This document shows, piece by piece, positions 49,528 through 58,624 of a DNA stretch of 64,000 nucleotides. A program made the translations under genes and the position numbers. The stretch spans positions 1 through 64,000 of the forward strand of contig JASKLF010000008.1 of the NCBI GenBank assembly GCA_030153785.1, written 5' to 3'. This DNA is from a bacterium. GTDB taxonomy: Bacteria > Synergistota > GBS-1. Position 1 is the stretch's first letter; each line of letters opens with the position of its first letter. The notes under the pieces are model-generated. The model did no database searches and was not told where the DNA came from. It worked only from the letters and a program-made list of their open reading frames with translations.

Positions 49528-50389
49528 CGAATTTAAAGGTTTTCTTGTAAGCGAGAGAGGAGTCTCTCAAGGCACCGTTAATTCCTATACAACGGATGTT
49601 GTAAGCTTCCTTGAGTATATGGAACAAGGTGGAGTTAGTGATGTTGAGGAAGCCCTTAAGGATTACATAGCTCATTTAAGAGTTATAGGTGCTAAAGAGT
49701 CTACAATCTTGCGGAAACTTGCTTCTATAAAAGCTTTTCTTGAGTTTTTGGTGACCCTGGATCCTCAAAAGTATGGTGGGGGATCCAGGGTACCTTCTAT
49801 TTCTCTTAAAAAACAATTGCCTCTTTTTCTTTCTCATGGAGAAATTGTAAAGTTCCTTGAATCTATTCCTACCCAAGACTTAATAGGAATTAGAGACAGG
49901 GCTATATTTGAGTTGCTTTACGCTTCTGGGCTAAGGATATCTGAGCTTGTCAATCTTAAAGTTAGTGACCTAAACTTTAAAGAAGGGGTTCTGAAATGTA
50001 TAGGAAAAGGCGCTAAGGAGAGAATGGTTCCTGTGGGCAAGGATGCTCTTTATTGGATAGAAAAGTACCTAAATGAGGTTAGGCCTAAGCTGATCCAAGG
50101 AAAGAAAGATTTAGGTTTTTTGTTTTTGAGCAAGCGAGGAGGTAAAATATTAAGAGAAACTGTATGGCATAGATTTAAACTTTATATTTCGAAGGCTGGT
50201 CTAAGCACGAAATATACGGTTCATTCTTTGAGACATACGTTTGCTACCCATTTGCTTGAGGGAGGGGCTGATTTAAGAACCCTTCAGGAAATGTTAGGTC
50301 ATGCTAGCCTTACAACTACACAGGTATATACTCACGTAGATTTGGAAAGATTAAAAGAGGTATATAAAAAGAGCCATCCAAGGGCATAG
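49511..50389 (+). CDS. xerD: Site-specific tyrosine recombinase XerD-like
   Basis: GLRISE, GKGAKER, HSLRHTFATH, LGHA..TTQVY; nudix-xer-punA-pdp synteny. Confidence 0.85.
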   Translation: MKELLNEFKGFLVSERGVSQGTVNSYTTDVVSFLEYMEQGGVSDVEEALKDYIAHLRVIGAKESTILRKLASIKAFLEFLVTLDPQKYGGGSRVPSISLKKQLPLFLSHGEIVKFLESIPTQDLIGIRDRAIFELLYASGLRISELVNLKVSDLNFKEGVLKCIGKGAKERMVPVGKDALYWIEKYLNEVRPKLIQGKKDLGFLFLSKRGGKILRETVWHRFKLYISKAGLSTKYTVHSLRHTFATHLLEGGADLRTLQEMLGHASLTTTQVYTHVDLERLKEVYKKSHPRA

Positions 50390-50395
50390 GAGAGG

Positions 50396-51199
50396 ATGGA
50401 TATGGGTTTGTTGAAGAAGGTAGAAGAGTGTGTGGAATTTCTCAGAACAAGATTTAAGAACAAAAGTCCGTATATAGGGATAGTTTTGGGTAGCGGGCTT
50501 GGTAGTACTGCTGAAGAATTGGGAGCTACGGGATTCATCCTTTACAAGGATATTCCTAATTTTCCTTTGACAACGGTGCCAGGGCATGATGGCAAACTTT
50601 GGATAGGGGAAAGGAACGAGAAGACGTTTATAGTTTTACAGGGAAGAGTTCATTTTTATGAAGGTTATACGATGGAAGAAGTTACTTTTCCCATAAGAGT
50701 TTTGGCCTTATGGGGTGTAAAGATTTTAATAGTTACTGCTTCAGTCGGAGGGATAGCGGAAGGAGTGAAACCCGGCGAATTACTTTTGCTCAAGGATCAT
50801 ATAAATTTGATGGGAGATAATCCTCTGAGAGGTAGTGAGGCTGTCAGCTTTGGCGATAGATTTGTAAACATGAAGAATGCATACGATTTTGAGCTTAGGG
50901 AGCTTGTTAAGACCAAGTTTGGTCTGAGGGAAGCTGTATATGCTGCTCTTTCAGGCCCTTCTTATGAGACTCCTGCGGAAATAAAAGCGCTTAGGTTACT
51001 TGGAGCAGATGTGGTTGGGATGTCTGTGGTTCCCGAAGTTATCGTCGCTCGGCAAATGGGACTGAGGGTTTTGGGTATTGTAGGTGTTGCTAACTTGGCG
51101 GGAGAAGATATTGTTACACACCAAGAAGTTTTAAAAGCGATGAGCAAGTGTAAAGAGCGATTGAGGGAGGTAATATCTTTTTGTTTAGGTGAGCTATGA
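50396..51199 (+). CDS. punA: Purine-nucleoside phosphorylase
   Basis: LGSGLG, GRVHFYEG, GPSYETPAE, VGMS. Confidence 0.92.
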   Translation: MDMGLLKKVEECVEFLRTRFKNKSPYIGIVLGSGLGSTAEELGATGFILYKDIPNFPLTTVPGHDGKLWIGERNEKTFIVLQGRVHFYEGYTMEEVTFPIRVLALWGVKILIVTASVGGIAEGVKPGELLLLKDHINLMGDNPLRGSEAVSFGDRFVNMKNAYDFELRELVKTKFGLREAVYAALSGPSYETPAEIKALRLLGADVVGMSVVPEVIVARQMGLRVLGIVGVANLAGEDIVTHQEVLKAMSKCKERLREVISFCLGEL

Positions 51200-52488
51200 T
51201 GATACCTTCTGAGATTATTCGCAAAAAAAGGGATGGTTTAGAGCTTGCGAGGGAAGAAATCGTTGGTTTTGTTGATGGCTTCCTTCGTGGTGAAGTAGCG
51301 GACTATCAAATTGCAGCTTTTTGTATGGCTGTTTACTTTAGGGGAATGACGCTTGATGAGACAAGGGCATTGACAGAAGCTATTGCTTGGTCTGGTAAGT
51401 GCTTGAATTTGAAATGCATTAAGGAGCCCAAGCTTGATAAACATAGTACGGGCGGCGTTGGGGACAAGACGAGCTTAGTTTTGGTACCTTTGATGGTTTC
51501 TTGTGGTTTTCTCTTTCCAAAACTTTCAGGGCGAGGGCTTGGTTATAGTGGAGGAACCATTGATAAGATAGAATCGATACCCGGTTTCAGGACTAGCTTG
51601 TCTGTTAGGGAAATCAAAAGAAACTTGGAGAGCGTGGGAGGAGTTATAGCAGGGCAAAGCCCAGAGTTAGCTCCTGCCGATAAAAAGATTTATGCCTTGA
51701 GAGATGTTACGGCTACCGTGGAATCTATACCTCTTATTGTTTCAAGTATTATTGGTAAGAAACTTGCTTCTGGAACGGATGTATGGGTGTTCGATGTTAA
51801 GGTGGGGAAGGGAGCGTTTATGAAGGAAATAGACGAGGCTAGAAAGCTTGCTCAAACTTTGGTTACACTATCGCAGCAGTTTGGTAAGAAAGCAAGTGCT
51901 TTCATAACAGATATGAATCAGCCGCTGGGTAATAGTGTGGGGAACTCTCTCGAGGTTGAAGAAGCTATTTATACGTTGAAGGGAGAAGGGCCTTCAGATT
52001 TGAAAGAAGTGGTTTTGTCCTTAGGAGTCGCTTTAAGTGAACTTGCGGGAAGACCACTGAGTAAAAGTGTTTTAAGAAAGAAGCTTGAAAGCGGAGAGGC
52101 ACTTGACGTGTTCGTAAAGATAGTTGAAGCCCAGGGAGGAGACCCCCGTGTTGTAGAGGATACCAGACTTATGCCTTATGCTACATATGTTCGAATAGTA
52201 GAAGCTGAGAGAGAAGGTCATATTTCCTCGCTTGATGCGGAAAAGATTGGGTTGGCAGTTCTTTTTCTTGGCGGGGGTAGGCGTAGAAAAGAAGAAGAGA
52301 TAGATAGAGGTGTTGGTATTAAGCTGTTTAAGAAAGAAGGGGATCGCGTCTACAAGGGAGAACCTTTAGCGGAAATTTGGTATTCTTCTGAAACTGATCT
52401 GGAACGTGCCTTTGGACTTGTTAAAAGTGCTTATGAAATATCGGAGGAATTTAAAGGTAGAAGGACGCTTATATATGAAAGAATATAG
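51196..52488 (+). CDS. pdp: Pyrimidine-nucleoside/thymidine phosphorylase
   Basis: DKHSTGGVGDK, SGRGLG, YALRDVT, DVKVGKGAFM. Confidence 0.93.
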   Translation: MMIPSEIIRKKRDGLELAREEIVGFVDGFLRGEVADYQIAAFCMAVYFRGMTLDETRALTEAIAWSGKCLNLKCIKEPKLDKHSTGGVGDKTSLVLVPLMVSCGFLFPKLSGRGLGYSGGTIDKIESIPGFRTSLSVREIKRNLESVGGVIAGQSPELAPADKKIYALRDVTATVESIPLIVSSIIGKKLASGTDVWVFDVKVGKGAFMKEIDEARKLAQTLVTLSQQFGKKASAFITDMNQPLGNSVGNSLEVEEAIYTLKGEGPSDLKEVVLSLGVALSELAGRPLSKSVLRKKLESGEALDVFVKIVEAQGGDPRVVEDTRLMPYATYVRIVEAEREGHISSLDAEKIGLAVLFLGGGRRRKEEEIDRGVGIKLFKKEGDRVYKGEPLAEIWYSSETDLERAFGLVKSAYEISEEFKGRRTLIYERI

Positions 52489-53824
52489 AGCCTTTGTGTT
52501 AGACGAAGGTATATGTTGGTTTAGTAAAGAGGAAATTTCAATTTATAAGAGGTATGGCTTATTAGAGGAAATGAAATATTATCTTTTTTCTTCCCCGCCA
52601 AAGTTAAGAGGATATCCTCTTCGGGTCTGTGAACTATTGAAGAAAATCGAAAATGCATCCTTTTATCCTAAGTTATCGGGGCTTATTGAAGCAGTTTCTG
52701 AGATAGGGGGAAAACTTTATCTGGTTGGGGGAAGCGTAAGAGACCTAATCTTATATGGTGATATACTTAGGGAACCAGATTTGCTGGTAGATGCAGATGT
52801 GTCAATCTTTTTGGAGTCTCTGCTGAAAAGAGGTATATCCTTGAAGGAAATGACGCCATTTTTGACCTTAAAGGTTATTGTAGAAGACGAACTCTTCGAT
52901 GTGGCTTTTTGTAGAAAAGAGTTTTATGAAAGACCAGGAGACTTACCTAAGGTCTCTATTGCTTCTTTAATGGAGGATATGTATAGGAGAGATTTTACTA
53001 TAAATGCAATGGCTTTAGGGATATGCGGTGAAGAAAAGGGGATGCTTTACGATCCCTTTTTTGGTTTAGAGGATTTAAGTAAAGGATTACTTCGTGTAAT
53101 TAGGCCTTATTCTTTTATTGAAGATCCAACAAGGATAGTTAGGGCTGTTAGGCTGAAGATGCGGTTTTCTCTGGAGTTCGAGGACGAGACGTTGAGGCTT
53201 CTTAGAAAAGCGGTAGAGAAAGGAGCATTGCGACTTATAAGTTGGGTTAGATTGTGGAGGGAGTTTGAAGAGTTTTTTAAGGAAGAAAATGCCATAGAGG
53301 GAATTTTCTTGATGGATAATCTTGGCATTTTTGAAAGTATAGGATTAACTTTGGAGGAAAAAGAAAGAGAGGTTTTAATGAAATTAAGGCAAGAGAGCCT
53401 TCTTCCAGAGGAAAAAGAAAGGTATATGTTATATGCGCTGTTTGGTATGAAAGGGGAGGATGAAGCACGAGAATGGGGTTTAAGATTTCAACTTTCTAAA
53501 AATATCAGGGAATCTCTTGTCATGGCTTCTTTTTGGAGGGATCTTGATAGGTTGAACTTTGGCAGAAAATATCAGATTATGAAAAAAGCCGATGAGAGTC
53601 TTGTTAGGTTTTGGTCTATATGCATTGGTAGAGATTTAACGGATTTGTGGAAAAAAATTGTGAGTGAGAGACCAATCTTATCTCAGGAGGAAATAAAGAA
53701 AATGGCCTTAAACAAGGGAGTCGAATATGGTAGGATAAAGATGGAAGTTTTGAGGTTGCAGATAGAAGAAGGTTTGAAATCTAAAGGTGATATCTTAAGA
53801 AGGTTAGGAAAGGAGAGTGTTTAG
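52475..53824 (+). CDS. Class II tRNA nucleotidyltransferase (CCA/A-adding type)
   Basis: LVGGSVRD, RRDFTINAMA, DPF.G..DL, FIEDPTR. Confidence 0.85.
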   Translation: MKEYRAFVLDEGICWFSKEEISIYKRYGLLEEMKYYLFSSPPKLRGYPLRVCELLKKIENASFYPKLSGLIEAVSEIGGKLYLVGGSVRDLILYGDILREPDLLVDADVSIFLESLLKRGISLKEMTPFLTLKVIVEDELFDVAFCRKEFYERPGDLPKVSIASLMEDMYRRDFTINAMALGICGEEKGMLYDPFFGLEDLSKGLLRVIRPYSFIEDPTRIVRAVRLKMRFSLEFEDETLRLLRKAVEKGALRLISWVRLWREFEEFFKEENAIEGIFLMDNLGIFESIGLTLEEKEREVLMKLRQESLLPEEKERYMLYALFGMKGEDEAREWGLRFQLSKNIRESLVMASFWRDLDRLNFGRKYQIMKKADESLVRFWSICIGRDLTDLWKKIVSERPILSQEEIKKMALNKGVEYGRIKMEVLRLQIEEGLKSKGDILRRLGKESV

Positions 53825-53826
53825 GG

Positions 53827-54417
53827 GTGTTAACTTCTTTTTCTGATTTGATATTAAGTTTTCCTGCCGTTATAATAGCTTTGAGCTTTCACGAGTATGC
53901 TCACGCGTGGGTTGCCGATAAGCTGGGAGACCCTACACCACGATTTACAGGAAGGCTCACTATAAATCCACTTGCGCATCTTGATGTTTTAGGGACGATA
54001 ATGCTTTTGTTTTTCAGATTCGGGTGGGCTAAGCCAGTAATGATAAACCCAGATAATTTTAGGAAACCCAAGAGAGATATGGCCTTGGTTGCTATTTCTG
54101 GTCCCTCTATAAATTTTCTTTTAGCACTGCTTTTTGCTGTTCCCTTTAAGCTTGGAATCCATATGGGATGGGCTACGGAGAGATTTTTCTTCAATGCTCT
54201 TATCATTAACATATCTCTTATGGTCTTCAATTTAATTCCTCTTCCGCCACTTGATGGGTCTAGAATAGTGAGTTATTTCCTTTCGTACAGACTTGAACGG
54301 TATTACAGGGAAATAGAGAGATACAGTATGCTTATACTTTTGCTTCTAATAGGATTGGGAGTCATAAGAAAAGTTATGCTACCTATAATATTCTCAATAC
54401 TGTATTTTCTGATTTAA
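53827..54417 (+). CDS. Site-2 protease (M50)
   Basis: HEYAH, GWAKP, FNLIPLPPLDG. Confidence 0.92.
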   Translation: MLTSFSDLILSFPAVIIALSFHEYAHAWVADKLGDPTPRFTGRLTINPLAHLDVLGTIMLLFFRFGWAKPVMINPDNFRKPKRDMALVAISGPSINFLLALLFAVPFKLGIHMGWATERFFFNALIINISLMVFNLIPLPPLDGSRIVSYFLSYRLERYYREIERYSMLILLLLIGLGVIRKVMLPIIFSILYFLI

Positions 54418-54433
54418 GGGGTGGTTACTTGAA

Positions 54434-54712
54434 GTGAAAGTAGCCCGCTTAAAAGCCAAGGTATATGGATTGGTTCAAGGTGTTGGTTTTAGGTATTTCG
54501 TTAAGCGTGAAGCGCAGAAGCGTGGAATAACTGGATGGGTTAGGAATAACGCTGATGGTAGTGTTGAGGTTCTTGGAGAAGGAGATAGAGGTTTGCTTGA
54601 AGAGCTTCTTAATCTGCTTCATAAAGGGCCTACTTTTGCTTCTGTTGCCCGTGTGGATTATGTTTGGGAGGAATATAAAGGTGAGTTTGAAACTTTCGAG
54701 ATAAGATATTAA
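54434..54712 (+). CDS. acyP: Acylphosphatase
   Basis: VQGVGFR, GWVRN..DGSVE. Confidence 0.94.
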   Translation: MKVARLKAKVYGLVQGVGFRYFVKREAQKRGITGWVRNNADGSVEVLGEGDRGLLEELLNLLHKGPTFASVARVDYVWEEYKGEFETFEIRY

Positions 54713-54729
54713 TCGAAGGGGGACGCGAA

Positions 54730-55482
54730 ATGGCGATATTGCTTACAAATGACGATGGTATACATTCAGAAGGATTACTGGCTTTGATAAAGAAACTGAA
54801 AGATATAGATGAACTAGTTGTGGTTGCTCCCGATTCTGACAGAAGTTCCATTGCTCATGCAATAACTTTACGTAGACCTTTGAGACTTAACAGAGTTAGT
54901 GACCTTGTGCTATTAGACGGTTGTGAGGAGGTTTATACCTGTGATGGAACTCCGGTTGATTGTGTTATTCTTGGGGTCAGTGAAGTTCTGAAGGGTAAAG
55001 AAGTAAGAGCCATCGTATCTGGAATAAATAGGGGTTTAAATTTGGGAATAGATATAATTTATTCAGGAACTGTTGCCGCTGCAATGGAGGGAGCCCTACT
55101 TGGAATAACATCTGTGGCTATTTCTGCTGATTCTTCGGATAAAACTATTTTTGAAGAAGCAGCCTCTTTCATCAAGGATTTTCTGCCCGAATTGCTTAAG
55201 AAAGGTCTTCCAGGCCATACCTTTTTAAATATAAATTATCCCAGAAATCCTCGGGGGATTAAGTTTACAAGGCAAGGTTATAGAGTTTATTCAGGTAGAG
55301 TTTTAAGATACGAGGACCCTTGGGGGAGAAGTTGTTACTGGATAAGCGGAGATGTTATAGAGAAACTTGAATACGAAAGTGATATATGGGCCGTATCTAA
55401 TGGTTATATATCTATAACGCCTCTTCATGTGGATTTAACTAATCACGATTGTTTAAACTCCCTTCGGGAGTGGTTTATGTGA
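54730..55482 (+). CDS. surE: 5'/3'-nucleotidase SurE
   Basis: TNDDG, GTPVDC, SGIN.G.NLG, YSGT. Confidence 0.95.
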   Translation: MAILLTNDDGIHSEGLLALIKKLKDIDELVVVAPDSDRSSIAHAITLRRPLRLNRVSDLVLLDGCEEVYTCDGTPVDCVILGVSEVLKGKEVRAIVSGINRGLNLGIDIIYSGTVAAAMEGALLGITSVAISADSSDKTIFEEAASFIKDFLPELLKKGLPGHTFLNINYPRNPRGIKFTRQGYRVYSGRVLRYEDPWGRSCYWISGDVIEKLEYESDIWAVSNGYISITPLHVDLTNHDCLNSLREWFM

Positions 55483-55892
55483 TAGAGTTTATTGATCATA
55501 CAGCGGATGTAGGGATTAGGGTAAAAGCTAAAAGCCTTGAGGAATTATTTAAGGAAGCTGCCTATGGGTTGCTAAATATAATGTTCTCTTTTGAGCGAGA
55601 TTCTTTTCCTTTGGAAGAAGAGGTCTTGATAAAACTGAGTGCTGAAGATCCTGAGGAACTACTTATTGCTTGGCTTAATGAGCTTATCTATCTTTTTGAA
55701 AGTAAGTACTATGCTTTTAGAAATATAAAGATTATGGAAATAACTGAGACGACCCTAAAAGCCAAGGTGGAATGTTTCAAAGTACGGAAGGAGGAAGTGG
55801 TTTGTTACGTAAAGTCAGCAACTTATCACAATTTAAGCCTACATAGGACTGCAGATGGCTTTTATGAAGCTACTGTCATATTTGATATATAG
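55479..55892 (+). CDS. Archease
   Basis: DHTADVGI, WLNEL, VKSATYH, C-terminal FDI. Confidence 0.9.
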   Translation: MIEFIDHTADVGIRVKAKSLEELFKEAAYGLLNIMFSFERDSFPLEEEVLIKLSAEDPEELLIAWLNELIYLFESKYYAFRNIKIMEITETTLKAKVECFKVRKEEVVCYVKSATYHNLSLHRTADGFYEATVIFDI

Positions 55893-55904
55893 GAGGTGTG
55901 TTTT

Positions 55905-56699
55905 ATGGAAATTAAAGCTGACATAGGGGTTTTTGGGGGGAGCGGTTTTTATGAGCTTATGGAAGATTACGAAGAGGTGAAAGTTGAAACTCCTTATGGA
56001 GCGCCGAGTGATAAAATTGCAATTGGAGAGATAGCGGGGAAAAAGGTTGCTTTTTTACCAAGGCATGGTAAAGACCATCGTTATCCTCCTCACATGATTC
56101 CCTATAGGGCAAATCTTTATGCCTTTAAGAAGCTGGGTGTGAAACGAATCATTGCTCCTTGTGCTGCAGGTAGTCTTCAAAAACATGTTAAGCCGGGGGA
56201 TTTTGTTGTTTGCGATCAGCTGGTTAACAGAACATTTCGGAGAATAGATACCTTTTATGATGGGCCTATCGTAACTCATGTAAGCTTTGCAGATCCTTAT
56301 TGCCCTGAGCTTAGAAGGGTAGCTATCGAGGTTATAAAAGAGCTTAATATTCCTCTTCATGAAAAGGGAACCGTTGTTGTAATAGAGGGCCCTCGGTTTT
56401 CTACAAGGGCTGAGAGTAGATGGTATTCTCAAATGGGGTGGGAAGTTATAAATATGACTCAATATCCTGAATCTATATTAGCTCGAGAACTTGAGATGTG
56501 CTATGTTAATATATCCCTTATAACCGATTACGACGTGGGAATCGAAGGAGAAGTTGGTCCTGTGACTGCGGAAGAAGTAATAAGGATTTTCAAAGAGAAT
56601 GTGGATAAGGCCAAAAAAGTAGTTTTTAAGATGATAGAGAGGATTCCTCTTGAGAGGGAATGTAAATGTGGAGAGGCTTTGAAATATGCAAGAGTTTAG
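55905..56699 (+). CDS. mtnP: S-methyl-5'-thioadenosine phosphorylase
   Basis: GGSG, FLPRHG, EGPRFSTRAES, NMT..PE, TDYD. Confidence 0.92.
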   Translation: MEIKADIGVFGGSGFYELMEDYEEVKVETPYGAPSDKIAIGEIAGKKVAFLPRHGKDHRYPPHMIPYRANLYAFKKLGVKRIIAPCAAGSLQKHVKPGDFVVCDQLVNRTFRRIDTFYDGPIVTHVSFADPYCPELRRVAIEVIKELNIPLHEKGTVVVIEGPRFSTRAESRWYSQMGWEVINMTQYPESILARELEMCYVNISLITDYDVGIEGEVGPVTAEEVIRIFKENVDKAKKVVFKMIERIPLERECKCGEALKYARV

Positions 56700-57453
56700 A
56701 CAAAAGATAAAGGTTTTTGCTAAACTTCTCTTTGAGAATAAGCCATCGGTTGTTTTTACGGGAGCTGGCATGTCAACAGCTTCTGGCATACCTGATTTTA
56801 GGAGTAAAGATGGTCTCTGGAGTAAGGTTGACCCTTTTAAAGTTGCTTCTATAGAAGCTTTGGAAAGAGATCCAGCCACATTTTACGAGTTCTATAAAAA
56901 GAGGCTGGCTATGCTCTTGGATGCTGAGCCTAACGAAGGGCATAAGATACTGGGAAGACTTGAAAGGGCGGGTTTTATCCAAGCGATTATAACTCAAAAT
57001 ATAGATGGACTTCACCAGAAAGGGGGGTCATCCAAAGTTATTGAACTTCATGGGAATATGAATCAAGCCCACTGTATGAGGTGTGGAAAGGCCATTTCCT
57101 CAACGGAGCTATTAAATATACTTGATAAAGAGAAGATCCCCTATTGTGAGTGTGGTGGGATATTCAAGGTTGATGTTGTTTTATTTGGTGAGCCGCTTCC
57201 TGAGCGGGCTATTACTGAAGCTATTAATCTTACGCGTGGTGGTTATCTTTGGATAGTACTTGGGTCTTCCTTATTGGTAATGCCTGCTGCTGATCTTCCA
57301 AGGCAGGCATTACTTCATGGCAGTCCTCTTGTTATAGTTAACAGAGATCCTACTTATCTTGATGAGTATGCAGATATTGTTTTTCGTGAAGATATCGTTA
57401 GTGTATTAAAAGCTTTGGAGGAGGAAATCTATGCGCAGGGTTATATCCCGTAA
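56686..57453 (+). CDS. cobB: NAD-dependent protein deacylase (sirtuin)
   Basis: GAGMSTASGIPDFR, TQNIDGLH, ELHG, Zn cysteines, GSSL.V.PA. Confidence 0.92.
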   Translation: MQEFRQKIKVFAKLLFENKPSVVFTGAGMSTASGIPDFRSKDGLWSKVDPFKVASIEALERDPATFYEFYKKRLAMLLDAEPNEGHKILGRLERAGFIQAIITQNIDGLHQKGGSSKVIELHGNMNQAHCMRCGKAISSTELLNILDKEKIPYCECGGIFKVDVVLFGEPLPERAITEAINLTRGGYLWIVLGSSLLVMPAADLPRQALLHGSPLVIVNRDPTYLDEYADIVFREDIVSVLKALEEEIYAQGYIP

Positions 57454-58624
57454 AGAAGCTGTTGAGCTATTGGCATCGAGTGGAACAATAAGCTTTAATA
57501 AGAAACGTGTAGGTTTAGCAGAAGCTTTTGGGAAAAGGGCAGGTGAGCCTTTGAAGGCGCCATTTGATCTTCCCCAACTATCTAGGTCTACTCGTGATGG
57601 GTATGCTGTAAATCATTTAGATGTTAAGGGAGTTTCTGAGGCGTTGCCCGCCTTTTTAAACGTGGTTGGGGAGGTTAAAATAGGAGAAATCCCCTCTTTC
57701 TCTATATCCCTCGGGGAGGCAGCAAGAGTTTTTACCGGTTCGTACCTTCCGAACGGTGCTGATGCAGTGGTAATGGATGAATTTGTGGAGGAATCTTCAG
57801 GAGTGATAGAGGTCTATAGATCTGTTGCTGCTGGTGAGAACGTAATTTCGGCGGGTGAAGATTGTTTACAGGGGTCAACGATCTTAAATTTTGGAGAGAA
57901 GATCAGTGTTGGAAAATTAGGATTGCTTGCGGCCTACGGTTTTGATAGCGTCAATATCCTTGATGTTAAGGTGGGAATAGTTTCTACGGGAGATGAAATA
58001 GTTTCTCCCGGTTCTCAACTTAGCTCTGGCAAAATATACGACATTAATTCCTTTACTCTTTATGCTCTTTTGAAGAAATGGGGAGCAAATCCTTATATCC
58101 ACACTCCCGTTCCTGATGATCTAGAAATGCTTAAAAAGGTTCTTGAGGAGCTTTTGGATAACAGCGATGTAATAATTTTTTCCGGGGGAAGCTCTGTTGG
58201 AACCCGCGATCATACCAAGGAGCTTTTTAAGCTTTTTAATGGCAAATTAATTATAGAAGGAATAAATATATCACCAGGTAAACCTACGCTTGCAGGATGG
58301 GTAAAAGATAAACTTGTTTTTGGTCTACCGGGGCATCCTGTTTCTAGTGTAGTTTCGGCGAGAGTTTTTCTTATACCTGTTATAGAGAGAATTTTGGGAA
58401 TAGATGGAGAACCTGTTCTATATCTTCCTGTGCTTTCAAATCTTCCCTCAAAGTTAGGTGTGGAGGAGTTCGTTTGTGCCTCGGTTAATGAAAAAGGGGT
58501 TTTCCCCATATTGGGTAAGTCTGGAGCGATAAGCAGGATAGCTAATGGCGGATTCTTAATTAAAATCCCTGATGGTGTAGAAGGCTACAAAGAAGGAGAG
58601 GTGGTCGAAACCTGGAGTATTTAA
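57431..58624 (+). CDS. moeA: Molybdopterin molybdotransferase MoeA
   Basis: DGYAV, GADAVVM, STGDE, SGGSS.G..D, PGKP, GLPGHP. Confidence 0.92.
   Translation: MRRVISRKEAVELLASSGTISFNKKRVGLAEAFGKRAGEPLKAPFDLPQLSRSTRDGYAVNHLDVKGVSEALPAFLNVVGEVKIGEIPSFSISLGEAARVFTGSYLPNGADAVVMDEFVEESSGVIEVYRSVAAGENVISAGEDCLQGSTILNFGEKISVGKLGLLAAYGFDSVNILDVKVGIVSTGDEIVSPGSQLSSGKIYDINSFTLYALLKKWGANPYIHTPVPDDLEMLKKVLEELLDNSDVIIFSGGSSVGTRDHTKELFKLFNGKLIIEGINISPGKPTLAGWVKDKLVFGLPGHPVSSVVSARVFLIPVIERILGIDGEPVLYLPVLSNLPSKLGVEEFVCASVNEKGVFPILGKSGAISRIANGGFLIKIPDGVEGYKEGEVVETWSI

Noticed and set aside
49511..50389. Tyrosine recombinase as a sign of an integrated element
   Set aside because: Size, motifs and nudix-xer-punA-pdp context fit housekeeping XerD; no att repeats or cargo genes seen.
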